In this document: one piece after another, positions 6,867-16,200 of the stretch
How the letters are laid out: the number at the start of each line of letters is the position of its first letter
Numbering within the stretch: position 1 is the stretch's first letter
NCBI GenBank assembly: GCA_030595765.1
Contig: JAUVCJ010000008.1
Span: 1-23,701 of the forward strand
Length of the DNA: 23,701 nt
Reading direction: 5' to 3'
DNA from: Thermoplasmatota archaeon
GTDB taxonomy: Archaea > Thermoplasmatota > Thermoplasmata > GCA-020350865 > JAUVCJ01
Position numbers and translations under genes: made by a program
The notes under the pieces: generated by a model
What the model saw: only the letters and a program-made list of their open reading frames with translations
Told to the model about the DNA's origin: nothing
Database searches by the model: none

Positions 6867-9341
6867 ATGAGGTTGATTTGGCCGGTAGTAGTGATGTTAA
6901 TGGTCTCCCCATGGATAATGGGGCTTATTGGCAGCACGACTGCTCTTGCGCCTGTACCTGAAATATTCATTTCGGACGATTTTGAATCACACCTCACAAC
7001 TACCGAGCTGAAAAATACCTGGGACATATCCAGCCTAGATGGTGTGGCGATAACCACATCAATTGCAAACTCAGGTGGTAAATCAGTAGAAATGTTTGGT
7101 GCAGACGGGCCTTACCTTGGCACTACTGTTGAAACCTGGGGGTGGAGGGCAATGCGCCAGGGCAGGATCTCTTTTTCGGTATTGTTCCCTGAAAACACCG
7201 AAAGTGGACCGAACCTACCAGTATGTCAGGGTATTTGGGAAGTATATTACCATTTGTTCTCGCTTTCATACAATGCTTCTGGGAGATGGCAACTTAGATT
7301 TCTCAATGGGTTGGAGATCTACAGCACTCCCCAGCCAGTCATACCCAACTTATGGTATGAAATCGACATCAGCTTTTCAAATGTGAACACCAGGGTATAT
7401 GTCAATGGCTTGATTATCATCGATATCGATTTCCCAGCAGCTGGCCTTATCCAAGATAAGGACATTCAAGGCATAATATTCGGTTCATATAGGCAAAAAA
7501 CCGACGAGAATTTCAAGTTATATATAGATGATTTTGAAGTTGGATACGACCCAATCCTGGAAGTTACACAAATAGACAATCGTGAAAGGGCAAAAGGCCT
7601 TTTAGACACCGCTGTAAACGCAAAAAGTAGTGCTGGTTTTCTACCAAGCCTTTTCAAGGAATTGGGAGCATTCTACCTGGGTAAGGACGATATGTCCAAT
7701 ATTCGATATACCCAGGCCTTGTATTACTATTCAGCATTGTACAAGGATCCAAGATACATGGATGCACTAGTTGATCATGGGGATAACCTGTTAGAGGGCA
7801 TGAGAAGCCCTCAAGATGTACCATATTCATATTACTCAACTGTGATCGGGGCACACAATGGTGTGAACATGGGTGCCTATATCCCCCAGGCTGCACTGAT
7901 ATTCAGCGATTATACAGAATACATGAACACGCTGGAGGCCTCTCACTGGGCCTTTGGATGGAAGAAATGGAGAGATGACCTGCCAGACTCTACAGAGCCA
8001 TGGATAGGTTACCATCTTTGGATGGTTGAGCATTATCTCTACTTTGGATTTGCCAACAAGGCCTACCTGGATGAGATCGGGATGGTTGTGAATCTTCTAG
8101 ATACTTATGCAGACTCACAAGGGGCTCCAAGGGAATTTTTTACTGAAACCTCAATATTCACAGCCGAGACTGGTATAACCGTCCATGCCCTAATATGCCT
8201 TGCAGAAGTTCTCGGAGATGATACCATTTTGGAATCCGCCATTGGATTCTTTGATTCAGTAATATCACACTATTACTCAAATGAGGGCCACGTATGGGCA
8301 TCTTCGGAGGATCCGGGATGGGATTTTTCATCCCAATGGGCCTGGGCCATTAGCGCCTTGTATCTTAACCAAATTACAGGAACAGAGAGCTACATCAACG
8401 TGTTCAGGGAGATCACAGACTTTTTGATATCAATGAAACATTTCCAATCAAGCTATCAACTTGGCAATCTGGGCATTGGGATGTTCATGGACCACTATCT
8501 CAATGGTAACACACTTTCCCTTCAGAAGGCAAACACCATTGCAAATTACACCTATGACAAGTTCGTTCACAATGGCAGGCTCCTTGATTCTGCAAGAAAC
8601 CAGGAAGGAAGAGAAGGGGAGCTACACAACGTAACCCAGGCAGACAACCTAGATAGCCTTACAAGCCTTCTACTGTCATTGGACTCTGGCCTGCCGATGT
8701 TACCCCAGAGTTTTCTTCTTAAACCCTTCGCCATAGACCTCAAGGCCACGATGCTGGATGTTAGGGGGAGCCATCTGACTAGCTACTCAAGCGATGGGAT
8801 CAACATAAGCGCTAGGTTCCTTGGAAGTGACAATCACGACCTTTATCTGGTTCTGCCCAGAGATTATGTAATTCAAAGCGTTTTTGTGAATGGGTTCTCT
8901 ACCTCAGTCGAAAAATTGGAGTTTGTTGAGGTTTGTGGGATAAGATACCTTGTGTTTCAGGACGTGCTATTCAGTAATGGCCAAGCCACGATAGACATCA
9001 GCACATTCTCTGAAAAAGCAGGTGAACAGCCCGCAGACATCATCACTGTTGCCTTTATTCTGATCATTATAGCTTCTACTGTTGCGATGATGATTGGCAA
9101 GAGGGTGCGATCCAAAGCTGGAGAGGAGCCCATCCAAAAGCGTGCCATTGACAAATGGATGGAAACCGGAGAATCCAGGCGTGATTATAAAACACCCAGC
9201 TCTGGCCTTTCTATCAAGGCCAGCGAATCTCAGGCTCCTCCTTGGGTTGAGAATCTCCCAAAACATCATTTTCTCGCAGGCGACTCGAAGCTGGAGGATA
9301 TGAAGCCTGTAGATGGAAAAGTCAAGCGCAAGGATACATGA
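6867..9341 (+). CDS. Large membrane-anchored extracellular protein: signal peptide, ConA-like lectin/glucanase (LamG-like) domain, (alpha/alpha)-toroid glycosidase-like domain, beta-sandwich, C-terminal TM helix and ~90-aa cytoplasmic tail
   Basis: ATG 6867 (GTG at 6864) preceded by AGGTG. N-terminal hydrophobic signal MRLIWPVVVMLMVSPWIMGLIG. LamG-like region ending in the YIDDFEV motif. Helix-rich central region with an aromatic- and acidic-rich composition. C-terminal TM ITVAFILIIIASTVAMMIG followed by a basic and acidic tail. Confidence 0.8.
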   Translation: MRLIWPVVVMLMVSPWIMGLIGSTTALAPVPEIFISDDFESHLTTTELKNTWDISSLDGVAITTSIANSGGKSVEMFGADGPYLGTTVETWGWRAMRQGRISFSVLFPENTESGPNLPVCQGIWEVYYHLFSLSYNASGRWQLRFLNGLEIYSTPQPVIPNLWYEIDISFSNVNTRVYVNGLIIIDIDFPAAGLIQDKDIQGIIFGSYRQKTDENFKLYIDDFEVGYDPILEVTQIDNRERAKGLLDTAVNAKSSAGFLPSLFKELGAFYLGKDDMSNIRYTQALYYYSALYKDPRYMDALVDHGDNLLEGMRSPQDVPYSYYSTVIGAHNGVNMGAYIPQAALIFSDYTEYMNTLEASHWAFGWKKWRDDLPDSTEPWIGYHLWMVEHYLYFGFANKAYLDEIGMVVNLLDTYADSQGAPREFFTETSIFTAETGITVHALICLAEVLGDDTILESAIGFFDSVISHYYSNEGHVWASSEDPGWDFSSQWAWAISALYLNQITGTESYINVFREITDFLISMKHFQSSYQLGNLGIGMFMDHYLNGNTLSLQKANTIANYTYDKFVHNGRLLDSARNQEGREGELHNVTQADNLDSLTSLLLSLDSGLPMLPQSFLLKPFAIDLKATMLDVRGSHLTSYSSDGINISARFLGSDNHDLYLVLPRDYVIQSVFVNGFSTSVEKLEFVEVCGIRYLVFQDVLFSNGQATIDISTFSEKAGEQPADIITVAFILIIIASTVAMMIGKRVRSKAGEEPIQKRAIDKWMETGESRRDYKTPSSGLSIKASESQAPPWVENLPKHHFLAGDSKLEDMKPVDGKVKRKDT

Positions 9342-9911
9342 CTATTTTCTGGAAAGAACCATCAATACTCCTACAAGAACCCCAATAAGAGCCAAAGCGA
9401 CCACTAGGCTGACCAGAACCAGGGTCAGCATGATGATACCTGCGATTGCTACTCCTACAAAAGCTGCCAAGAATGCTCTACCTGGACGCAGGTCGAAAAG
9501 GTAGGCAATGAGCGAGCCGGTCCATGCTCCAGTTACTGGCAGAGGTATTGCCACGAAAAGGACAACACCCAGCTCCTTGAAACGCTCTATCTTGCCTGAG
9601 GCCTTTTTCCTTGTTCTCTCAAAAAGCCTGGTAAAGAACCTGTCCCACATCTTCCAGCGGCGCAACCACTTCTCAACTTTTGGAAAGAATATGAGAATAA
9701 TAGGAACCGGGATCATGTTACCTATTACTGATAGTGTGAATATCTCGAACCATGGCATCTGGGAAATGGATATGGGAGCGTACCATCCTGAACCCCACAG
9801 GAGAATTGTACCCCTTAGCTCTGCAAGCGGTATCATGGCCAGCACGATAACTATGAGCCATGGTGGAAAGTTGCTGAGCATCTCCACTATTAACTGGGCA
9901 AAGTCAACCAT
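9342..9911 (-). CDS. Small polytopic membrane protein, putative small multidrug export protein family (COG2426/PF06695-like)
   Basis: 189-aa ORF with 4-5 hydrophobic helices. The PLAELRG motif (MIPLAELRGTILLWG) is typical of that family. Family assignment is from memory only. The stop abuts the convergent gene at 9341. Confidence 0.5.
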   Translation of the reverse strand: MVDFAQLIVEMLSNFPPWLIVIVLAMIPLAELRGTILLWGSGWYAPISISQMPWFEIFTLSVIGNMIPVPIILIFFPKVEKWLRRWKMWDRFFTRLFERTRKKASGKIERFKELGVVLFVAIPLPVTGAWTGSLIAYLFDLRPGRAFLAAFVGVAIAGIIMLTLVLVSLVVALALIGVLVGVLMVLSRK

Positions 9912-9977
9912 TGAGGCTGAATTGAAAGGGTTCCTTATAATGGTACCTGCCAGACCACCGGACTGCCACCAACCAGA

Positions 9978-9994
9978 TACATCCAGTAGCCTCT
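9978..9994. repeat. 17-bp exact direct repeat TACATCCAGTAGCCTCT, copy A (partner at 11296-11312)
   Basis: Identical 17-mer at two sites 1,318 bp apart, with ~70% identity over ~25 bp of upstream flank. Together the copies bracket the SPFH gene. Confidence 0.6.
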
Positions 9995-10049
9995 TCCAAG
10001 GACCATCATATCGTCAGGCTCGAGCTGGATGCCATCCCAAATTGAATTT

Positions 10050-10072
10050 TTAAAAAAAGGAAAAAAGAGGAA
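10050..10072 (-). terminator. Oligo-T tract (CTCTTTTTTCCTTTTTTT on the minus strand) downstream of the SPFH gene; likely archaeal intrinsic terminator
   Basis: T-rich run on the coding strand about 50-70 nt after the stop at 10121. Confidence 0.35.
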
Positions 10073-10120
10073 AGGATTTGGAAAGGGAATTATTTACTCC
10101 GTGGTATCAGCGATGCCTTA

Positions 10121-11008
10121 TCAAGCCCCTGCTGCCGCCTGCAATTCCTCGACATTCAGAATAAGAGCCTGGTCCATTGGAACAACCACGAACTGAACAT
10201 TGCTTTCAGGGTCCTTTAGCATTGATATGTATCTAAGAGACAATATGTAGGTCATCACGTTGTCTGAAATGTTGCCACCCTGTTCAGCTAACACCCTCAA
10301 AGCTTCAGCCTGGCCTCTTGCTAGAACAACTGTCGCATTGGCTTCGGCTATGGCTCTGACCACTTCCTGCTCGGCATTGAACTGTTCAGCTTCAAGCCTG
10401 TTTTTCGCAGTTTCGATGTCCTGCTCACTGGCCTTTTTCTTTTCGATAGCATCCTCGACTTGAGCCGGTAATTCGATGTTTCTAAGCAACACATCCTCAA
10501 CAATGATGGACTTTTCACCCAAAAGTATGGTTATTTCAGCTTGTAGCATCTCCTCGAACAAGACACGCTTCTCGATTATGGTCAGCATTGTGAAGTTGTT
10601 TGATGTTGCTATGTTTCTGGGTACAGAACGGCCTATGGGGTCGATCAGCACTTCTCGAAAGTCTTCCCCGTTTTGAACCCTCAACTCTCCCACAGTTCCG
10701 GGGTTTAAATGGTACCGAACTGTAATGTCTAGATCCATATTTATCTGGTCGCTGGATTTGACTGATATGGTTTCAGTCCAGGATTGAGTGTTGGAACGCA
10801 CATCTTCTACCTTGTCCAGGAAGAATTTCCAATTGAATCCTTCATCCAACTCCGTTCCGATGTTGAAGCCTGATACGACTACGCCTTTGTGTCCTGCTGG
10901 CACCATATAAATGGAGGCCATCATTATAACCAGTGCTGTAATAATTACAACAGCCAATGTGATTACTACGAACCATTGCTTTCCTGACCACTCTTCCGGG
11001 GGTTTCAT
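10121..11008 (-). CDS. SPFH/band-7 (stomatin/prohibitin/HflKC-like) membrane protein
   Basis: 295-aa ORF with an N-terminal TM helix (WFVVITLAVVIITALVIMMASIYMV) followed by an SPFH domain. Ala/Glu-rich coiled-coil tail QEVVRAIAEANATVVLARGQAEALRVLAEQ is typical of HflK/C and prohibitins. AGGAG RBS lies 10 nt upstream. Confidence 0.9.
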   Translation of the reverse strand: MKPPEEWSGKQWFVVITLAVVIITALVIMMASIYMVPAGHKGVVVSGFNIGTELDEGFNWKFFLDKVEDVRSNTQSWTETISVKSSDQINMDLDITVRYHLNPGTVGELRVQNGEDFREVLIDPIGRSVPRNIATSNNFTMLTIIEKRVLFEEMLQAEITILLGEKSIIVEDVLLRNIELPAQVEDAIEKKKASEQDIETAKNRLEAEQFNAEQEVVRAIAEANATVVLARGQAEALRVLAEQGGNISDNVMTYILSLRYISMLKDPESNVQFVVVPMDQALILNVEELQAAAGA

Positions 11009-11295
11009 AAATTGTTCACTCCTTTATTGATAATTCAGTCTCATTTCCGGTATCCTAGACATCTTGCCCAAGACATTGGTATTCCATAAAGTGGTAATGT
11101 ACTATATCTAAAAAAACTACCGTTTGTTTTCATCAGTTTCATTAGCGTGGTATTGAAGCTCTCTGTGTTATGCTAGCCGTCTTGTGGGCGTGTTTAGTTC
11201 GAGGCATATTCTGAGCCTGTTTAGTCCAAGGCGCATTATGGCAATACTCCGCCTATAACGGCACACTCCAAACAACCGGCGCATCGCCAGCAAGG

Positions 11296-11312
11296 TACAT
11301 CCAGTAGCCTCT
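11296..11312. repeat. 17-bp exact direct repeat TACATCCAGTAGCCTCT, copy B
   Basis: See copy A. In addition, the 11-mer AGGTACATCCA (11293-11303) recurs at 12069-12079, immediately before the hbd start codon. Confidence 0.6.
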
Positions 11313-11337
11313 GCTAAGATTCCAGAAGACACTGACA

Positions 11338-11847
11338 TCAAGAATCCGGAAAACCTGTACTGTCCTCAAGGCTAGAGTCCAGTGTGGGGTCTAGTGCATA
11401 ATACGGATGATATTCTCCAATCCATCGTGAAAATTTTAGCCCATTAAAGGATTGCTCCATGCCCCTTGGGATCTGCACAAGATAAGCGTAATTGGGAATG
11501 TAGCCCAAAACCGTGCCGCCCATGTAGGCCATCATGTCCAGTAGTGCAGGGTTAGCAGTGCCATCCATCTGCAGAATATGAATATCATTGTCGCTTCTTG
11601 CCATCTGGCTCGTTGGGATGTTCATGGAAACGCTTAGAGGATCCCTTCCAAAACCCTTCACATACAGGTCGTTACCGAGGCCGCTAGCTCTGATAGTTGA
11701 CGGGGCAACAGTAATTACTCTCTCTTTGATGGTGTTGAACTCATCATCCTGGAGTGTTGCCTGCTCCTCTGACATGACATGGGGGCTGGTGCCCATCACC
11801 ATGAAAAGAGCTACAAATATCACAAAAATCCTACTAGATAGAGTCAT
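11338..11847 (-). CDS. Hypothetical secreted protein (signal peptide, 170 aa)
   Basis: Internal ATG 11847 gives MTLSSRIFVIFVALFMVMGTSPHV, a classic signal peptide. The longer ORF to 12138 overlaps the hbd gene and has no plausible N-terminus. No recognisable domain. Confidence 0.55.
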   Translation of the reverse strand: MTLSSRIFVIFVALFMVMGTSPHVMSEEQATLQDDEFNTIKERVITVAPSTIRASGLGNDLYVKGFGRDPLSVSMNIPTSQMARSDNDIHILQMDGTANPALLDMMAYMGGTVLGYIPNYAYLVQIPRGMEQSFNGLKFSRWIGEYHPYYALDPTLDSSLEDSTGFPDS

Positions 11848-12078
11848 TAAAGAACCCTTAAAAAGATGTATTAGATGTCTTGGTTTTAATCCTTGCGTTT
11901 GTAGTGATACAATAACACATACATAACATAAGAGGATGTGTATATTATGAAAGTCACTGCTTGAAAAGCCTATCCGATTTATTGCCTTACAAAGCACCCG
12001 ATTTCTTCCAAATTTTTTAAAGTAGGGACAAGATTTTAAAGGTGTCCGATTGTTCCCGGGTTCAAGGAAGGTACATCC

Positions 12079-12927
12079 ATGGAAATCAAGAAAATTGCAG
12101 TTCTGGGTGCCGGAACGATGGGCAATGGAATAGCCCAAGTTTCCGCAGCCGCTGGGTACGTTGTTGTTATGCGCGACATTGAGCAGAGATTCGTTGATGG
12201 TGGGCTTGCTGCCATTGATAAAAGCCTCCAGCGCGGGGTGGACAAGGGCAGGATGAGTGCTGAGGACAAGGCCGCTATCATGAGCCGCATAAGCGTTACC
12301 TTAGACCTTGCGGATTGTAAGGATGCAGACCTTATCGTCGAGGCCATAATCGAGAATCGCGACATCAAGAAGGCGGCTTTCAAGGAGCTGGATGGATTGT
12401 GCCCACCCACAACAATATTCGCTTCCAACACAAGCTCCATCTCTATTACAGAGCTCGCTGCAGCTACCAGCAGGCCTGACAAGTTCATAGGCATGCACTT
12501 TATGAACCCAGTGCCAATAATGAAGCTCATCGAGGTCATACGCGGCCTTGCAACCAGTGACGAGACCATGAAGATCATATTCGACGCAGCAGAAAAGATG
12601 AAGAAAACCGCTGTAGAGGTAAACGATTATCCTGGCTTCGCTGTCAACCGCATACTGATGCCCATGATAAACGAGGCCGCCTACTGCGTAATGGAAGGTG
12701 TAGGCAAGCCTGAAGCCATCGACGAGGTCATGAAGCTTGGAGCCAACCACCCAATGGGACCGCTGGCACTTGCCGACCTTATCGGCCTGGATGTGTGTCT
12801 GTTCATCATGGAAGTATTGCATAGCGATCTGGCCGACTCAAAATACCGCCCATGCCCACTGCTAAAGAAGATGGTGGCCGCTGGGTGGCTCGGCAGAAAG
12901 TCCAAGAAGGGCTTCTACGACTATTGA
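12079..12927 (+). CDS. hbd: 3-hydroxybutyryl-CoA / 3-hydroxyacyl-CoA dehydrogenase (NAD-binding)
   Basis: N-terminal Rossmann motif [17 protein letters not shown]. 3HCDH signatures NTSS and HFMNP. C-terminal dimerisation domain GFAVNRIL...[15 protein letters not shown]. 282 aa, the typical Hbd length. Confidence 0.92.
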   Translation: MEIKKIAVLGAGTMGNGIAQVSAAAGYVVVMRDIEQRFVDGGLAAIDKSLQRGVDKGRMSAEDKAAIMSRISVTLDLADCKDADLIVEAIIENRDIKKAAFKELDGLCPPTTIFASNTSSISITELAAATSRPDKFIGMHFMNPVPIMKLIEVIRGLATSDETMKIIFDAAEKMKKTAVEVNDYPGFAVNRILMPMINEAAYCVMEGVGKPEAIDEVMKLGANHPMGPLALADLIGLDVCLFIMEVLHSDLADSKYRPCPLLKKMVAAGWLGRKSKKGFYDY

Positions 12928-13006
12928 GCACTGAGCCTATTGCATTTGGCCAAAGGTGGAGCTGAAAAAGATTGTCACTGGCGGCGCATTGTGCACCGAT
13001 TAACCC

Positions 13007-13033
13007 TTTCCCTTCTTCTTTTCATTTATTATT
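13007..13033 (+). terminator. T-rich tract (CCTTCTTCTTTTCATTTATTATT) ~80 nt downstream of hbd; possible terminator
   Basis: Pyrimidine- and T-rich run on the coding strand after the stop at 12927. Confidence 0.3.
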
Positions 13034-13156
13034 GGAATGTTCATTCCAGGCGAAAATGCTATTACTTTGAACACCGCCTTCAAAAACTACACTCCCAGGG
13101 ATGTGGAGTCATATGGAGCAACTTCTAAAACCAGGCACACTTAAATATGCCACCCC

Positions 13157-13165
13157 GTATAAATG
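13157..13165 (+). promoter_or_regulatory. TATA-like GTATAAATG (with CTTAAATAT at 13139-13148) upstream of the giant surface-protein gene
   Basis: AT-rich TATA-like elements 55-80 bp upstream of ATG 13220, which is preceded by a GGAGGT RBS at 13207-13212. Confidence 0.3.
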
Positions 13166-13219
13166 CCTGTACATTCCTTACTGGAGTTACCAACATGTTC
13201 CTTGCCGGAGGTATTAACT

Positions 13220-16200
13220 ATGTCTCGTACTAGGTGGTTTATTTACTCAGTCCCATGTCTTTTGGTAATCTGTCTATCAATCCTGTTTCTTACTGCTGGA
13301 GGTGGCCTGAATGTTCAAGGTGCAACAATCATTGCTGACCAGGGTGGGAATGGAGATTTCCTGACCATCCAGGATGCAGTGGATAACGCTGCTGATGGGG
13401 ATACCATCCGTATCTGGAACGGGACCTACACCGAGAATGTCGTAGTAAACAGGACCCTAACCATTATCGGGAATACCACTTCCAATGTAACCATAGACGG
13501 TGACCAGGACGCGCCTGTGGTAAACATCACGGCAGGCCATGTCAATATTACCGGCTTGAAAATTGTCTCATCAAGCACCAACTCCGATATCGGAATCGTG
13601 GTAATCAACACTACTCAAGCCAGTATAACACGGGTGAATTTCACGAACTTGGAAACCGGGATTCAGATATACAATTCGAGTCATACCAGTATCTCATGGA
13701 TAAACATTTCCGGCATTGATGACGGGATTTATCTCCAGAAATCAAATTACACCGATATAACGGATGTGAACCTCACTAACCTGGACAACGGCATTAAGAT
13801 ATATGATACGAGCAACTGCAATATAACAAGGGTGAATCTGACAGATATGCAAGATGGGATTTATCTCTGGAACAGCACAAGCTGCAACTTAACCGGGATT
13901 AGTACCAATGACATTACTTATGCCATCCAATTTGTAAAAAGCAGCCAGAGCACCGTATACAACAGTTTGTTCTATAATATCCATGCCGGAGTAACATTCC
14001 AAGAATCGAATAATATCACCGTTACAAGCAACAATGTATCATTAGTCGGCAATAGCGCGTTTATAGCATACTATTCGGATTATATCAGTATCATAAACAA
14101 CGAGGCGTACGATATTGAACAAACGGATGTGGCGTTTATTTGGGCCACGCATGTGACCCTGTCCGGGAATTCCTTCCAGAGAGGGATAGTCTGGGAGATG
14201 GAGCAGGAATTAATGCAATGGAACACGCATAATGTTGATGGTACAAATCTTGTTGGAGGCAAACCGCTTCTTTATTTGAGTGATCAGGTGGGCGGAATCA
14301 TCCCGCCAGGATTAGGCCAGATAGTTCTTGTGAACTGCTCCCAGATGATAATTGAGGACCAGAGCATCAACAATACCCATATTTCCATCCAAATTGCATT
14401 TTCGAGCAATATCGATATATGGAACAACACCCTCTTTAACAATTCCCATGGATTATACCTATTCCATTCTTCATATATTTTCATTTACAACAATGAGATC
14501 GCATCACTTGATGGTGGTGCGGTAGTCATGGAGTATGTTGATTACAGTGGAATATACCAGAACAATTTAAACGACAACGATTTTGGTATCTACATGCTCT
14601 TTTCGGAGTACAATGTCATCTCTGGAAACACCTTAAACAATATTCCTGGCGGCTGCATCGGGATGGAATTATCTCCATATAACACCGTTACTGACAATGA
14701 GATGCTTAATGTCTCAGCAGGTATAGGTATCGGGGATTCTGGCGGCTCCGTATTCACAGGCAATGTAATGGTTGGCGGGGGGTTTGACATCTACGGTACA
14801 ACGCTGTGGGACTGGAACTCCCTGGTCCTGGACACCTCCAACACTGTGGATGGCAAGTACATAAGATATGTCGTTGACCAGATCGGGGGCTCTGTGCCAA
14901 TTGCGGATACCGCTCAGATCATACTTGTGAATTGCACTGGGGTTAATGTAACCGGCCATAGCATTTCCGACAGGCACGACGCTGTGGATGTCGCTTACTC
15001 CTTTGGGATAAACATCTTTGGCAACAATCTCACAGGCAATACAAGAGGTGTCAACTTCTACGAGACGAGAAACAGCATGGTGTTCTCAAACAATCTCTCA
15101 TCCAATGATTATGGTGCTGTGCAACTGGGTCATTCACCCGACAACGAGGTGTCAAACAACAACGTGTCCAGCAGTACTGGAACCATGTTTTCTGTGGAAT
15201 GCTCTGAGAATACCGTGCTTGAATCCAACTGGGCAGTTCACGGAGACAATAATGATATTCGCGTAACCTGGTCCAACAACACAGTAATTCATAACAACAC
15301 ACTGCTGGGCAAGAGCATGATAAAAATCGATAGAACACACTGGGCGGTTATGACAAACAACACACTTGTCAAGGGGATCGTGTGGGTATCCGATTCTCCA
15401 AATACGTGGGTCGAGGGAAATTACTTCAATGACAGCCAGGAGGCCGGAGTCTCTGTTCAAGACTCTCCAAATTCTTCGTTTATCGGGAATATTATCAACA
15501 ATGCCAGTGTTCGCGGGCTAGCATTTTACGATTCACCGGACTGCCTGGTCAAGGACAACTACCTGTATGACAACGGCTGGCAGGCCATAGCTCTGGGAGA
15601 AGGGTCAGATAGGGCCACACTTCTAAACAACACTGTGATATCAAGCGGACTAGGCGGAATATCCATGTGGTCTGATGGCCACACATTGATAGAGAACACC
15701 ATAACAGGAAGCAGCTCTCAAGGCATCCTGCTATCAGAAAGTAATGACATCACTCTCACCAACAATCAAGTGACCTTAAACGGTGAAGCGGGAGTGGAGG
15801 TCAAGATGTCAGAAAACATAGTCATCTCTGGAGGCACCTTCTCTTCCAACGGCATGCAAGGAATAGATGTATGGAGCTCCTCTCATGTGATGATTTCAGA
15901 TGTTACCATCACATTCAACACATATCAGGGAATCACCATCGATGACAGCCCGTATGTTTCCATAATCAACAACGATATCTCCAACAATTTAGATGAGGGT
16001 CTAAGGATATACACCACAGACAACAGCACCATCTCTGGCAACATGTTTGATAGCAATACAGACATGGGCCTTTTTGTTGATGATATCAATGATACCGAGA
16101 TATCGGGCAACACAATAACTGGCAGCACTTTTGAAGGCCTGCGGCTACAAGGGTCTCTGCGAAATACCATATCCAACAATGAGATCATATCCAACGCCAG

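Noticed and set aside
9508-10053. 181-aa plus-strand ORF
   Set aside because: It lies antisense to the hydrophobic small membrane-protein gene. Its translation is Ser/Pro/His-rich and has no features.
11009-11337. tRNA or other structured RNA gene in the 330-bp gap (GTTCGAGGC resembles a T-loop)
   Set aside because: I could not fold a cloverleaf. There is no acceptor or anticodon stem complementarity around the T-loop-like heptamer. I left it as a repeat-containing regulatory region.
12036-12578. 180-aa minus-strand ORF, and the extension of the 11338 ORF to 12138
   Set aside because: They overlap the strongly supported hbd gene on the opposite strand or run through its promoter. The compositions are Ser/Ala-rich with no motifs.
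13163-13219. Longer start (ATG 13163) for the giant surface protein
   Set aside because: The ATG overlaps the TATA-like GTATAAATG. The extra 19 aa precede a textbook signal peptide that begins at ATG 13220, and 13220 has a GGAGGT RBS.
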